Assembly: GCA_030141605.1 (NCBI GenBank)
Contig: JAQGDQ010001845.1
Span: forward strand, 1 to 23,513
Reading direction: 5' to 3'
Source of the DNA: Tubiluchus corallicola
Lineage: Eukaryota > Animalia > Priapulida
Length of the DNA: 23,513 nt
This document shows, in pieces, positions 1 through 12,038 of this stretch (within the stretch, counting starts at the first letter, position 1; every line of letters starts with the position of its first letter). The notes under the pieces were generated by a model. It saw nothing but the letters and a program-made list of their open reading frames with translations. It had not been told where the DNA came from and searched no databases. The translations under genes were made by a program, and so were the position numbers.

Positions 1-417
1 CCAAAATATAAGATGATCCACATTGGCAAATGTACCACAATGCATTGCTGATTGATGAAAATTTAGTAATACTTTCTTAAAATGTCAAGCGAAAGTTGGG
101 ATTTTCTGATACTTAAAATGTAACGAGTTTTTTTAGCCAATTTTTATGTCATAATTGTTTTTAAAAACAATACAGTTTCGGTAGAACGGGCTATCCGACC
201 CTTACCAGCACCATCCCCTGGACATTACCGATCTCTAGAAATAAGAGGTACCCGGGTATATGTTTTCGAAAACAAAAATCAGGATGGGATCGAGACCTTT
301 TGTTTAATATATTGATCGCTGTGAATAGTGCCGTCATAGGAGATGTAGCCTCAATTCTTTTATATATATATATATATGTATGTATGTATAGAATCTCCCG
401 TTTTTGCAAAACATATA

Positions 418-835
418 CCGTATTTTCCCATGTATAAGAGACCCTTGTGTATAAGAAACCCCTTCAACTTTTAGGCAAAAATTCTGGAAAAAAGTTTTTT
501 GGTAATGAATAACTTTATTCATCATAGAAATCATTAAATTCCTCATCACTCTCATCAAAAATATCAACTGGAGTCAGACCTTCAGCAATTCCAGCCAGTT
601 CATCATCAGAGGAGTCACTCTGCTCAAAAATGGCATTGTCCTCTGTGCCGTCCATGGCATTGGAGATGCCACACTTCTTGAAAGATTTAATAATGACCTC
701 TGGCTTTACACCATTCCATGCCATGAGGACCCAGCTGCAGACTTCTCCAAGCTTACTCCCATGTATAAGAGACCCCCTATTTTTAAAGTGAAAATTCTGA
801 GCAAAAAAGGGTCTCTTATACATGGGAAAACACGG
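418..835 (-). mobile_element. Internally deleted Tc1/mariner-superfamily (Tc2/pogo-like) DNA transposon
   Basis: 27-bp TIRs with 1 mismatch: CCGTATTTTCCCATGTATAAGAGACCC (418-444) vs 809-835. TA at 416-417 on the left. Subterminal copy of cccatgtataagagaccc at 758. CCGTA termini are typical of Tc2-like elements, and it carries a transposase remnant. Confidence 0.9.
515..756 (-). pseudogene. C-terminal remnant of a pogo/Tc2-type DDE transposase
   Basis: KLGEVCSWVLMAWNGVKPEVIIKSFKKCGISNAMDGTEDNAIF plus an acidic tail matches the WV..AW......I.KSFKKCGIS..DG.ED signature at the end of pogo/POGK-like transposases. The N-terminal part is deleted. Confidence 0.85.
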
Positions 836-1244
836 AGCCTCTTATTTCTAGAGATCGGGAATATGCTGGGGGTGGTTCTGGTAATTATCGTGCTATATAG
901 GAGTAATGTTATCTAACCAAGCTTCGTATCCTCGATATCAAAGTAACTGATTGTAAAACACATTTTTTAAAACCTGAGTTGTGTCCCTTTTTACCTCATG
1001 TAATGCAAGATGGACACAAGGACTAAAACTAAGGCTGTCTCTATTCACCCCCATAATCCGGGGTTAATAGGGAACTGGTTTTTAAACAAAAAAAAACAAT
1101 GTACGAATTTTGTATCGTAAAAGCAATACTTTCAGAAGATAGATTATATATATATACGGCTATATTTTGGATAATAATCAATAAAAAAAATCTTAATTAT
1201 CTCACCGTTCTCTTGTTTAGTAGTACTGAAATTCTCTAACTGCG

Positions 1245-3943
1245 TATATACACTTATAACTGAATCATAAATGTACACAAAGGTTATGTACACTTATAAC
1301 TGAATCATAAATGTAGACAAAGGTTATGTACACTTATAACTAAATCATAAATGTACACAAAGGTTATGTACACTTATAACTAAATCATAAATGTACACAA
1401 AGGTTATGTACACTTATAACTAAATCATAAATGTACACAAAGGTTATGTACACTTATAACTAAATCATAAATGTACACAAAGGTTATGTACACTTATAAC
1501 TGAATCATAAATGTACACAAAGGTTATGTACACTTATAATAATCATAAATGTACACAAAGGTTATGTACACTTATAACTGAATCATAAATGTACACAAAG
1601 GTTATGTACACTTATAACTAAATCATAAATGTACACAAAGGTTATGTACACTTATAACTAAATCATAAATGTAGACAAAGGTTATGTACACTTATAACTG
1701 AATCATAAATGTACACAAAGGTTATGTACACTTATAACTGAATCATAAATGTACACAAAGGTTATGTACACTTATAACTAAATCATAAATGTACACAAAG
1801 GTTATGTACACTTATAACTGAATCATAAATGTACACAAAGGTTATGTACACTTATAACTGAATCATAAATGTAGACAAAGGTTATGTACACTTATAACTG
1901 AATCATAAATGTACACAAAGGTTATGTACACTTATAACTGAATCATAAATGTACACAAAGGTTATGTACACTTATAACTGAATCATAAATGTACACAAAG
2001 GTTATGTACACTTATAACTAAATCATAAATGTACACAAAGGTTATGTAACTTATAACTAAATCATAAATGTACACAAAGGTTATGTACACTTATAACTAA
2101 ATCGTACACAAAGGTTATGTACACTTATAACTGAATCATAAATGTACACAAAGGTTATGTACACTTATAACTAAATCATAAATGTACACAAAGGTTATGT
2201 ACACTTATAACTAAATCATAAATGTACACAAAGGTTATGTACACTTATAACTGAATCATAAATGTACACAAAGGTTATGTACACTTATAACTGAATCATA
2301 AATGTAGACAAAGGTTATGTACACTTATAACTAAATCATAAATGTACACAAAGGTTATGTACACTTATAACTGAATCATAAATGTACACAAAGGTTATGT
2401 ACACTTATAACTAAATCATAAATGTACACAAAGGTTATGTACACTTATAACTAAATCATAAATGTACACAAAGGTTATGTACACTTATAACTGAATCATA
2501 AATGTACACAAAGGTTATGTACACTTATAACTGAATCATAAATGTACACAAAGGTTATGTACACTTATAACTGAATCATAAATGTACACAAAGGTTATGT
2601 ACACTTATAACTAAATCATAAATGTACACAAAGGTTATGTACACTTATAACTAAATCATAAATGTACACAAAGGTTATGTACACTTATAACTGAATCATA
2701 AATGTACACAAAGGTTATGTACACTTATAACTGAATCATAAATGTACACAAAGGTTATGTACACTTATAACTGAATCATAAATGTAGACAAAGGTTATGT
2801 ACACTTATAACTGAATCATAAATGTAGACAAAGGTTATGTACACTTATAACTGAATCATAAATGTAGACAAAGGTTATGTACACTTATAACTGAATCATA
2901 AATGTAGACAAAGGTTATGTACACTTATAACTAAATCATAAATGTACACAAAGGTTATGTACACTTATAACTAAATCATAAATGTACACAAAGGTTATGT
3001 ACACTTATAACTGAATCATAAATGTACACAAAGGTTATGTACACTTATAACTGAATCATAAATGTACACAAAGGTTATGTACACTTATAACTAAATCATA
3101 AATGTACACAAAGGTTATGTACACTTATAACTGAATCATAAATGTACACAAAGGTTATGTACACTTATAACTGAATCATAAATGTACACAAAGGTTATGT
3201 ACACTTATAACTAAATCATAAATGTACACAAAGGTTATGTACACTTATAACTAAATCATAAATGTACACAAAGGTTATGTACACTTATAACTAAATCATA
3301 AATGTACACAAAGGTTATATACACTTATAACTGAATCATAAATGTACACAAAGGTTATGTACACTTATAACTAAATCATAAATGTACACAAAGGTTATGT
3401 ACACTTATAACTGAATCATAAATGTACACAAAGGTTATGTACACTTATAACTAAATCATAAATGTAGACAAAGGTTATGTACACTTATAACTGAATCATA
3501 AATGTACACAAAGGTTATGTACACTTATAACTAAATCATAAATGTACACAAAGGTTATTACACTTATAACTAATCATAAATGTACACTACACTTATAACT
3601 AATCATAAATGTAACAAAGGTTATGTACACTTATAACTAAATCATAAATGTACACAAAGGTTATGTACACTTATAACTAAATCATAAATGTACACAAAGG
3701 TTATGTACACTTATAACTGAATCATAAATGTAGACAAAGGTTATGTACACTTATAACTGAATCATAAATGTAGACAAAGGTTATGTACACTTATAACTGA
3801 ATCATAAATGTACACAAAGGTTATGTACACTTATAACTGAATCATAAATGTAGACAAATGTTATGTACACTTATAACTGAATCATAAATGTAGACAAAGG
3901 TTATGTACACTTATAACTAAATCATAAATGTACACAAAGGTTA
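1245..3943. repeat. 40-bp satellite, about 67 copies
   Basis: Unit gtacacttataact(g/a)aatcataaatgta(c/g)acaaaggttat, head-to-tail and nearly invariant apart from two dimorphic positions and a few small deletions. Confidence 0.99.
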
Positions 3944-4424
3944 CGAAGAAAGTTAAACTGTGCTTTTTTTTCGGAAAACACTATTGAAAATTTTCAAGAT
4001 AAATGCACATCTTTTATCCTAAGCAAGATAAAAAACCTAATTGTTTATGTTACGTATAAACAAAAATTATTGTGATGTCTAATTAGTTGAAGTTGAGATC
4101 AGATGAGATTAGATTGGTTGATCATTGAGTCATTGAGTACACGTGTTTTCATCTTCTTTCCTCTTCTTTTGCTTCTTTTCTCTCCTTTTTCTTTCTTTTT
4201 CCTCTTCCCATCGCTTTCCTTTGTTTTCACTCACTTTCTTTATCCTATTATTTTCTCTTCCCCCCCCCCAGCTCTAGTGCTGTAAAATTGATTCGGTTAT
4301 TCGACTTTCCACACTAAGTTTCTTATTCGTCTTTAGTAACTTAAATTCCCTTCCTAGCAAGTTTCTAACTTAGTTTAAAAATGTCCGAGTTTGGCTTGTG
4401 GGCAGGATGAAGTCTTTAGTCAAG

Positions 4425-5065
4425 TTTTTATTTTTTTATTTATTAATTCTTTATTTGTCATAAAAAACGGCTCACTCATTGCAATAAAATTGAGCTAGCC
4501 TCTGCGCAATGTTAAAATAACAACACTGTTCAAGACAAATGAGTCCAGTGCATACTAAAAAAAACTAAAGTGCAAAACTATATACAATAAATGAACATAT
4601 TTACAAACACCATATTAAAATATTTTCACAAAACAATTATACGAAAGTACATTAAATTTTACATGACAAAGTGTACACTATTTATACATTTAACATTAGG
4701 AAACACGAAACTAACATAACACGTATTACATTACATAATTTTTTTTTAACATTTTTAATCGTTATATGGAGTCAGGGGCGGGGGTAGATGAAAGTGGAGT
4801 CTGTGTAATTAGTATCAGATGCACAATGTGGAAGTTGAAACCTGTTATATTGATATTCTTTTAATTTCTTTTTAAAGTGGTGGAGAGATTCTATTTGTTT
4901 TATTTCACTGGGTAGTAAGTTCCATAAATGTATGGCCTGTTTTGATATAGAGTTATTTCCAAATTTATTGTTTACTGTAATTTGCTTTAAATTGTATGTT
5001 CTAGTGTTTAAAGTGGTATCAGGAATAAATGCTATAAGTCTATAGTTTAGCCATTTTTATTGAAC
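4425..5065 (-). mobile_element. 5'-truncated non-LTR retrotransposon (L2/Crack/CR1 group): ORF2 C-terminus, 3' UTR and A-rich tail
   Basis: The minus strand (~5056 to stop at 4772) reads KWLNYRLIAFIPDTTLNTRTYNLKQITVNNKFGNNSISKQAIHLWNLLPSEIKQIESLHHFKKKLKEY..., containing the WNxLP..IK....FKKKLK end motif of these LINEs. The element ends in aataaagaattaataaataaaaaaataaaaa at ~4455-4425. Confidence 0.8.
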
Positions 5066-5120
5066 TTATTTAGAAGAAAATTTACCAATAATGCTTCAAA
5101 TGTCGCCAATCATTTTATAG

Positions 5121-5379
5121 ACGCCAAGGACATATGCAATCTACGAGAAAAGTTGGGTCGTGTAGGGCAGTTTTCAGATGTCGTACTACGCCTCGAAGAC
5201 GGAGAAATGTCAAAAAATTCATATATGTATGTTGCGCAGGAAATGCAAACAGATTTGATACTGAAAAGCAGTGTAAACGAAAATGTATGTCAGGGTCTGA
5301 GGGATCACCTATAGATCCTATATTGATAGGCCGGAGCCTAGGGCCTCATTTGCTTTCAACTTGGAATGTGCAAAGCTAG
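5121..5379 (+). pseudogene. Frameshifted Kunitz/BPTI exon (copy 1)
   Basis: Follows the acceptor cattttatag and is colinear with the intact exon at 5773. Three 1-nt indels are needed to restore DAKDICNLREKVGSCRAVF..YYASKTEKCQKFIYVCCAGNANRFDTEKQCKRKC. The conserved YGGC reads YVCC. Confidence 0.82.
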
Positions 5380-5385
5380 TAGTTT

Positions 5386-5706
<321 letters not shown>

Positions 5707-5772
5707 CTACTTAGTTTAACCATTCAATTTTTTCAAATTTTTCAGCAACATTTGACTATTACCATTTTATAG

Positions 5773-5969
5773 GTGCCAAGGACATATGCAAGCTACCAAA
5801 AATAGTTGGACCCTGTAGAGCTGGCATTCCGAGTTGGTACTACTCCACCGAGACGGAGAACTGCGAAGAGTTCACTTATGGAGGCTGCAGAGGAAATGAA
5901 AATAGATTTAAGTCAGAACAAGAGTGTAAAGAAAAATGTATGCCAGGGGGTGGGCCACCTACAGGCTAG
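5773..5969 (+). CDS. Intact Kunitz/BPTI-type serine protease inhibitor exon (phase-1 acceptor; signal-peptide exon not identified in window)
   Basis: After cattttatag it reads AKDICKLPKIVGPCRAGIPSWYYSTETENCEEFTYGGCRGNENRFKSEQECKEKCMPGGGPPTG*. All six Kunitz cysteines are present, with GPCRA (P1 Arg) and the FxYGGCxGNxNRF motif. Absent from the ORF track because it has no start codon. Confidence 0.93.
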
Positions 5970-6243
5970 ACATTTTGAAGTCTGAGGTTATAGTGTATAC
6001 TCTAGTCTCTAGACAAGCCTTCGGTAATTTTGCTTGCACTTCTATAATATAACTTATTAATCTTATTAACCATCTTATTAGTACTTCCCAGCCCAAAATT
6101 TTCTAATCTCAAAATTTTTGCCCTATAACGGTAAACTAGCTATGTGATTTTTCTAAAAAATTCTGCTTATTTTATAAAATGTTTGCAGTGCTCGGGTTTT
6201 GCAATAGTTCTTCAATGTTTATTTTAACATCAAGATTTATGTA

Positions 6244-6363
6244 TTCCTTATTAACTACGGTATTTAGTTCCTTATTAACTACGGTATCTAGTTCCTTATT
6301 AACTACGGTATCTAGTTCCTTATTAACTACGGTATCTAGTTCCTCATTAACTACGGTATCTAG
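6244..6363. repeat. 24-bp minisatellite, 5 copies
   Basis: Unit ttccttattaactacggtatctag. Confidence 0.95.
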
Positions 6364-6452
6364 CAATATCATCTTATGTCTTATTATGAATAGTGGAATT
6401 CGTCATCCGCCGCTTCACAAAATTTACATAAATCTCCTCCTTTTTTCTATAG

Positions 6453-6508
6453 GTGCAAAGTGTATAAACTGAAACATGTAATTATCTTTGGTCAACTTTA
6501 TTAATAAA
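6453..6508 (+). other. Candidate short terminal exon of the Kunitz gene with polyadenylation signal
   Basis: Strong acceptor ctcctccttttttctatag|gtgcaaag, resembling the Kunitz exon start tatag|gtgccaag. Reads (G)AKCIN* in phase 1, with AATAAA at 6503-6508. Confidence 0.3.
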
Positions 6509-6634
6509 CAAATTGTACAACAAAAATCACTAGTTATTATGGTTTACTCATTATGAAATCTTTCTGTAATAAATCATTATAATCGGAATTTTCCTGTTTC
6601 GCAGTTCAAGCTTCCCTGGACTTGTTACGATGCC

Positions 6635-7115
<481 letters not shown>

Positions 7116-7189
7116 ACGATGCCCATGCTTGTTAATAACAATTGTATTCAGCAGCCTGCTGTGTTGTGTAGTTCCACACAGTTCCACTG

Positions 7190-7620
7190 TAATTATTCGT
7201 TCCGTTGCTCAGCTTAGTCGACACTCATTCTTAACTGCATCGGTCTGTCTGTCTGTTTGTCTGTCTGTCCGTCTGCCGCTTGTTTGCCTCGTATGTCGAT
7301 CTGCCTGATCTAGCTATTTTTCGAAGGCTGCTGATGTAATTCCAACCAAACTTGCATAGCTGGTGGGGCTTACACTGTAATACCGCGATAAGGAATTTGG
7401 TTGTCACGGTGACTAGAGCTGCCTAACAACAGCCGAAAAACTTCTAAAATTGGAACTTTTTTGACTTCAAAATCTATCTCAAAACTGCCATGGTAGTTAA
7501 GATGAAACTCGTGGCACCTCGAATAATTATCTAAAAGATGTCTGTCTCTGTCTTCTGACTGTCTGTCGTCTGTCTGTCTCTTTGTCCGTCCATCCATCCA
7601 AGTCATCGAACCACTGTCAG
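7190..7620. mobile_element. Possible DINE-1/HINE-like (Helentron-derived) relic
   Basis: Degenerate (gtct/gtcc)n tract at ~7243-7275 followed by ccaaccaaacttgc, a layout reminiscent of DINE-1-like elements. Termini not identified. Confidence 0.3.
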
Positions 7621-7704
7621 CCAGCCCAGTTGGCTTGTTTAATACCATCCTTCTTTATGGTGCTTTCAAATCATAATGAAATACACAACTAAACATTCTA
7701 TCAA

Positions 7705-7860
7705 CAAACAAGTCAGCCAGTCAGCCAACTATTCATTCACAAGAGTTCACTCAGTCAGTCAGTCAGTTAGTCAATTATTCAATAGCAAATTAGCCAATTA
7801 ATTGGTCAATCAATTAATTTTGTCAACCAGTTGGTCGATTGTCAGTCAATCATCATTCAT
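7705..7860. repeat. Degenerate tetranucleotide tract (agtc/aatc/attc)
   Basis: 4-bp periodicity, e.g. cagtcagtcagtcagttagtcaatta. Confidence 0.75.
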
Positions 7861-7907
7861 TATATTGTTTCAGTTGTAAAACTAAGGATAAATTATGGAA
7901 GATTTAA

Positions 7908-8292
7908 AGGAAAACCGGACGCTTATTTAGACTCATTTTAATTTACTGTCCAAAATATTATACATTTTCTAAAATAGCAATTGTTTCTTATATTTGAATA
8001 ATTAGCTTCGAATGTTAATTTCAACTGAACACGGCTATTGCTGTGGTCAGAAACTAACCACAGTTTGCGTATCTTCCCACGCGCGTCAAGCACGTTTGCG
8101 TGAGTGTTACTGCTTGAACGCATGATGTTACGAAAATGGGCTCTACGTCATATAACGTCAGAAACTAACACTGCAGTTCATGATTATGCTTATCACGGTG
8201 CCGCCATCTATTTATCGGCCACGCGAATGTGAAAAAAAGCGTTGTTGCCAATCTTAGTAGATCACTGAGTAGCTTTGAAAGTTTAACGAAAA
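7908..8292. mobile_element. Kolobok-like non-autonomous element, diverged copy A lacking its right end
   Basis: ttaa|aggaaaaccggacg terminus. The body is a diverged direct repeat of ~8520-8850. Confidence 0.7.
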
Positions 8293-8515
8293 ACAAATAT
8301 GCCATTTCGCGGCATCTTGTTGTCTAAATTAGTATTGTCGGTCAACCCGGCAAACTTTCTGGTTTTTAAAAATAGTGAGTAAGCGACGTATGCACTCAAA
8401 CTATGACTTACAGTGGCTTCACTGTAACAAGAAAGAATATGGAAAGTTTTGTTGAGTCTCATGAATGACAATTACTTTCTGTTCTTGTTAAATTACCAAT
8501 CGTATTGTTAATTAA

Positions 8516-8971
8516 ATTGTTATATTTGAATAATTGGCTTAGAAAGTTAATTAACGGCAACCGAACACAGCTATTGCTTGCGTCAGAAACTAACCACAGT
8601 TTGTGCAATGGCAGGCGTCTTCCCTTGCGCGTCAAGCACATTTACATAAGTGTTACTGTTTAAACGCATGATGTCGCGAAAAATGGGCTTTACATCATAT
8701 GACGTCATGAAACTAACACTGCAGTTCATGATCATGGTTATCACGGTACCGCCTTCTATTTGTCGGCCAAGCGAATGTGACAAAAAGGCGCCGTTGCCAA
8801 TCTTAGTAGATTCACTGAGCCGCACGTAGCTTTGAAAGTTTAACGAAAATTGAGTTTCCGGGGTAATTATTATTTAATCTATGCTTTGATTTAAAAAAGC
8901 TATTGCAGTTTTCAATATTTTAGAGCATTCTTTATTCTGAACTAATGTTTACACAATCGTCCGGTTTTTCT
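8516..8971. mobile_element. Kolobok-like non-autonomous element, copy B (left TIR lost), inverted relative to copy C
   Basis: Reverse complement of 10341-10802 (the matching ORFs 8583..8825- and 10488..10784+ reflect this). Right end aatcgtccggtttttct|ttaa. Confidence 0.8.
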
Positions 8972-9882
8972 TTAATGCCCTAAAAATTGTTATATAATAT
9001 TGTTGCTGTTAACGATTAAGCCATCTTTGTTTGGCAGATTTGGCTGTTTTAGATAAATGAGTGTCAAATTCTGGGATGTAAGCTGTTCTATGGAACCTTT
9101 GCAAAATTCGTGCAGAGCGACTTGACTGAATCGTAAAATTACAGATGGCCAGGTTTCCTCACCCAGGTAAATACCTGGGGTGATCTTGACAAATAAATCT
9201 ACCCAGAAATGGTTTTCATGGGAGTCACCCATCCGTTTCCTGGCCATGATCAGCATTGCACGACTTTGGTTGTTAAGCACACACTGCGACCTTTGCATTG
9301 CTTTGTCTATTTTGTTACAATTTAACAGACACTAGTTGTATTTTCAAGCCAAGGTTGTCACCAGTAAATGTAAGTCACCGTCTACTTTAATAATTAGTTA
9401 ATAGTTTAAATTGGCTGATTTTGCTTCAAATCTCAAGAATCGTAAAGTAATAATTTGTGTTTGAGTCTTCTTAAATCTAATTTTTTATTTTGTCTAAACA
9501 GTAATAACTTTTAGCACGTTCTTAAGCACTTTTTGTAATCTGTTATTTTAATAAATTGCAGGTCTATCTATCGCGCAGCTCAAAACTGATTTTTGCCGTT
9601 TCTTTGCCTGGATTGGGTGCATCCACATGCATCGTCACTTGATTTTCACGGATTTTCTAATTCTCCATTTAGGACATAATTATAAGTATCAAGCGACAAT
9701 TACAATTCATCATATGTGCAAGTCTGCACTCTGCAGGCTCAATAACAACTATATTAGCAAAAGATATTGAATATTCACTGATAAACTAACTGCTAGGTAA
9801 GAAAAATTCTCCAATTACAAATTCCCTAATTCGCAAGCTAAGGAACAGATTACAAATTTTAAAAATATCGGTTCAAACTTGA

Positions 9883-10336
9883 CCCTTTCATACCCGTTGT
9901 ATCCCGTGGGATACGAGAATATTTTCTGCCTTTAAAATTAATAAAATTTTAAAACTGACAGTTATTTGATCTGTTAATAGTTATTTTGATTTAAGCCAAT
10001 AACAATAGACCAAAAATGGTGATAAAATGGCAAACTAGAAAATCTACATAGCATAAAAAACTGTGCAAGGTACAGTACTTTAGAGACGACTTTGTACAGA
10101 TCAGCACAGCGTGCATACTAAATGTCTTAAATACTTTAAAAAATTATCAGCAGTTGCAAAATGAAGCACATTTTATGCTTCCATTGAATCCCAATGGATC
10201 CCGTGGGATACAGGCTATATTTAGCACGCGGGCACAGGTAGAAAAAAATGATTATGTGTAAACAAGATGGACATACAGAACAAAAGTACCAAGCAAAAAA
10301 TTTTTCTTATTAAAAAATAATTTGGGACTGAAAGAG
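9883..10336. mobile_element. piggyBac-like MITE, copy 1
   Basis: ttga|ccctttca ... tgaaagag|ttaa. Reverse complement of 12875-13331, with two internal atcccgtgggatac near-palindromes. Confidence 0.85.
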
Positions 10337-10340
10337 TTAA

Positions 10341-10816
10341 AGGAAAACCGGATGATTATGTAAGCATCAGTTCAGAATAAGGAATGCTTTGAAAGTATTG
10401 AAAACTGCAATAGCTTTTTTAAATCAAAGCTTAGATTAAATAATAATTACCCCGGAAACTCAATTTTCGTTAAACTTTCAAAGCTATGTGCGGCTCAGTG
10501 AATCTACTAAGATTGGCAGCGGCGCCTTTTTGTCACATTCGCGTGGCCGACAGATAGAAGGTGGTACCGTGATAAGCATGATCATGAACTGCTGTGCTAG
10601 TTTCAAGACGTCTTATGATGTAAAGCCCATTTTTCGTGACATCACGCGTTTAAACAGTACTGTAACACCTATGCAAATGTGCTTGACATGCAAGGGAAGA
10701 CGTCTGCCATTGCACAAACTGTGGTTAGTTTCTGACGCAAGCAATAGCTGTGTTCGGTTGTCGTTAATTAACCTTCTAAGCTAATTATTCAAATATAACA
10801 ATCGTCCGGTCTTCCT
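10341..10816. mobile_element. Kolobok-like non-autonomous element, complete copy C
   Basis: TTAA on both sides (10337-10340, 10817-10820) and 17-bp TIR aggaaaaccggatgatt / aatcgtccggtcttcct (2 mismatches). AGG...CCT ends with a TTAA target fit Kolobok rather than piggyBac. Confidence 0.85.
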
Positions 10817-11537
10817 TTAACAAGATTGGTAATTTAACAAGAACATAAAGTAATAATCATTCATGAGACTCAACAAAACTTTCCATAATCTTTATTGTTA
10901 CAGTAAAACCACTGTAAGTCGTGGTTTGAGTGCATACGTCGCTTACTCACTATTTTTAAAAACCAGAAAGTTTGCCAGGATGACCGACAATACTAATTTA
11001 GACAACAAGATGCTGCGGAATGGTATAAAATAGCTAACCAGCTGTCAGCAATAAAGTAAAATCTATTTTGTTTGTATAGTGGATAGTACGTTGTGTGAGC
11101 TGTGTGTAGCTGTTTATAGACGTATGAGCAATGGCAGCGCTATTAAGACTTTATTTATAAAATAACACGTTTATTAAATATCGACACTAAGTATAGTATA
11201 TATAGCAATGCCAAGGCCCCTGGTCTAACGAGTGAGATGCTCCAGCTTCCAGGTCCAATGTCAGTCTCAACTCAACTCCACTCAACTTCCGGCCTGGCGG
11301 CTGTCAGCCTCCTATATACGTGCGCAGCCTGACAACTGGCTCAATTCTCTGCCCACGCCATCACGTGGTACCACTCCTTAACTGGCTTCATTATGCGAGC
11401 ATCTTATCAACATGTTTATTTATCATAATCTACTGCTCGTTAGTATAATTTAACAGGTTCTCTTTACTATAAACTTCTGCAAAAACGTTAAACAAAAGAT
11501 GTGCAATGTGAAAAATTACAGCACCAAATACGTAGTG

Positions 11538-12038
11538 CAGGGGTGTGCTAATTGCGGCCCGCGGGCCACTTGCGGTCCACTCAGAGAATTTGTGCGGCCC
11601 GCGAAGAGATTGGTCAACCCAATGAAAGTGCAGCCCGGGCGATTAATTGAGTGTATCCAGCTGAAGTCCGTGCCACGATCCCAAAGATAGTGCGGCTAGT
11701 TTTTTCTACTAGATCGGATGCCATTAACCCTTACAAGACGATTGTAGCTTAATGTCACTGTACTACACAGACTGTGTGATACACATTACTAATATACATT
11801 GTAATGAAATTACCACTATCTGTCCTGAAAGTAGAAATATATGGTTTGTAATATAAATTTTAATAACTTCTAAAATAGTTTCTTGAGTGTAGTAGTAATG
11901 ATGTACGCAGGTCGGATGCAAAAAAAATCGTTATTAGGCCTTTCTGTACTTGGCTCCTTGATCAAATTACCTGTGGCCCGCAGGAATTGCGGGAAAGTTT
12001 AATGTGGCCCGGCTAGTCAGATAATTTGCACACCCCTG
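11538..12038. mobile_element. hAT (Charlie-like) MITE
   Basis: 16-bp TIR caggggtgtgctaatt / aatttgcacacccctg (1 mismatch), 8-bp TSD acgtagtg / acgtagag, and subterminal g(c/t)ggcccg repeats. Confidence 0.92.

Larger units (their letters stand above)
202..884. mobile_element. Old foldback/MITE-like element (host of the nested Tc2-like element)
   Basis: 202-248 (ttaccagcaccatcccctggacattaccgatctctagaaataagagg) is an imperfect inverted repeat of 838-884. The symmetry continues inward (tatatgttttcgaaaac at ~257 vs tttttgcaaaacatata at ~401-417). No TSD identified. Confidence 0.55.

Noticed and set aside
975-1080. Short inverted repeats (ttgtgtcc/ggacacaa; ctatt.acccc/ggggt.aatag followed by ctgg) as a Helitron end
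   Set aside because: Too short, and no matching 5' end or second copy in the window.
1245-3943. CRISPR-like regular repeats (also 17365-18930 and 19491-20251)
   Set aside because: Head-to-tail units with no unique spacers, no cas genes, and a eukaryotic context.
6172-6372. ORF with ELDTVVNK repeats
   Set aside because: Translation of the 24-bp minisatellite, with no other coding evidence.
9205-9275. Faint minus-strand resemblance to the 5S rRNA internal region (gtcacccatcc), and a hairpin at ~9159-9183
   Set aside because: Similarity is too weak by eye to call a 5S pseudogene or SINE3; it needs a covariance-model search.
7938-10784. Mutually similar ORFs 7938..8123, 8459..8641, 8583..8825 and 10488..10784 as a gene family
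   Set aside because: They are copies of one non-autonomous element. Frames shift between copies and no domain is recognisable.
11090-11460. Possible minus-strand solo LTR (TATA-like at ~11313, AATAAA at ~11170)
   Set aside because: No TG...CA boundaries with a matching target-site duplication were found.
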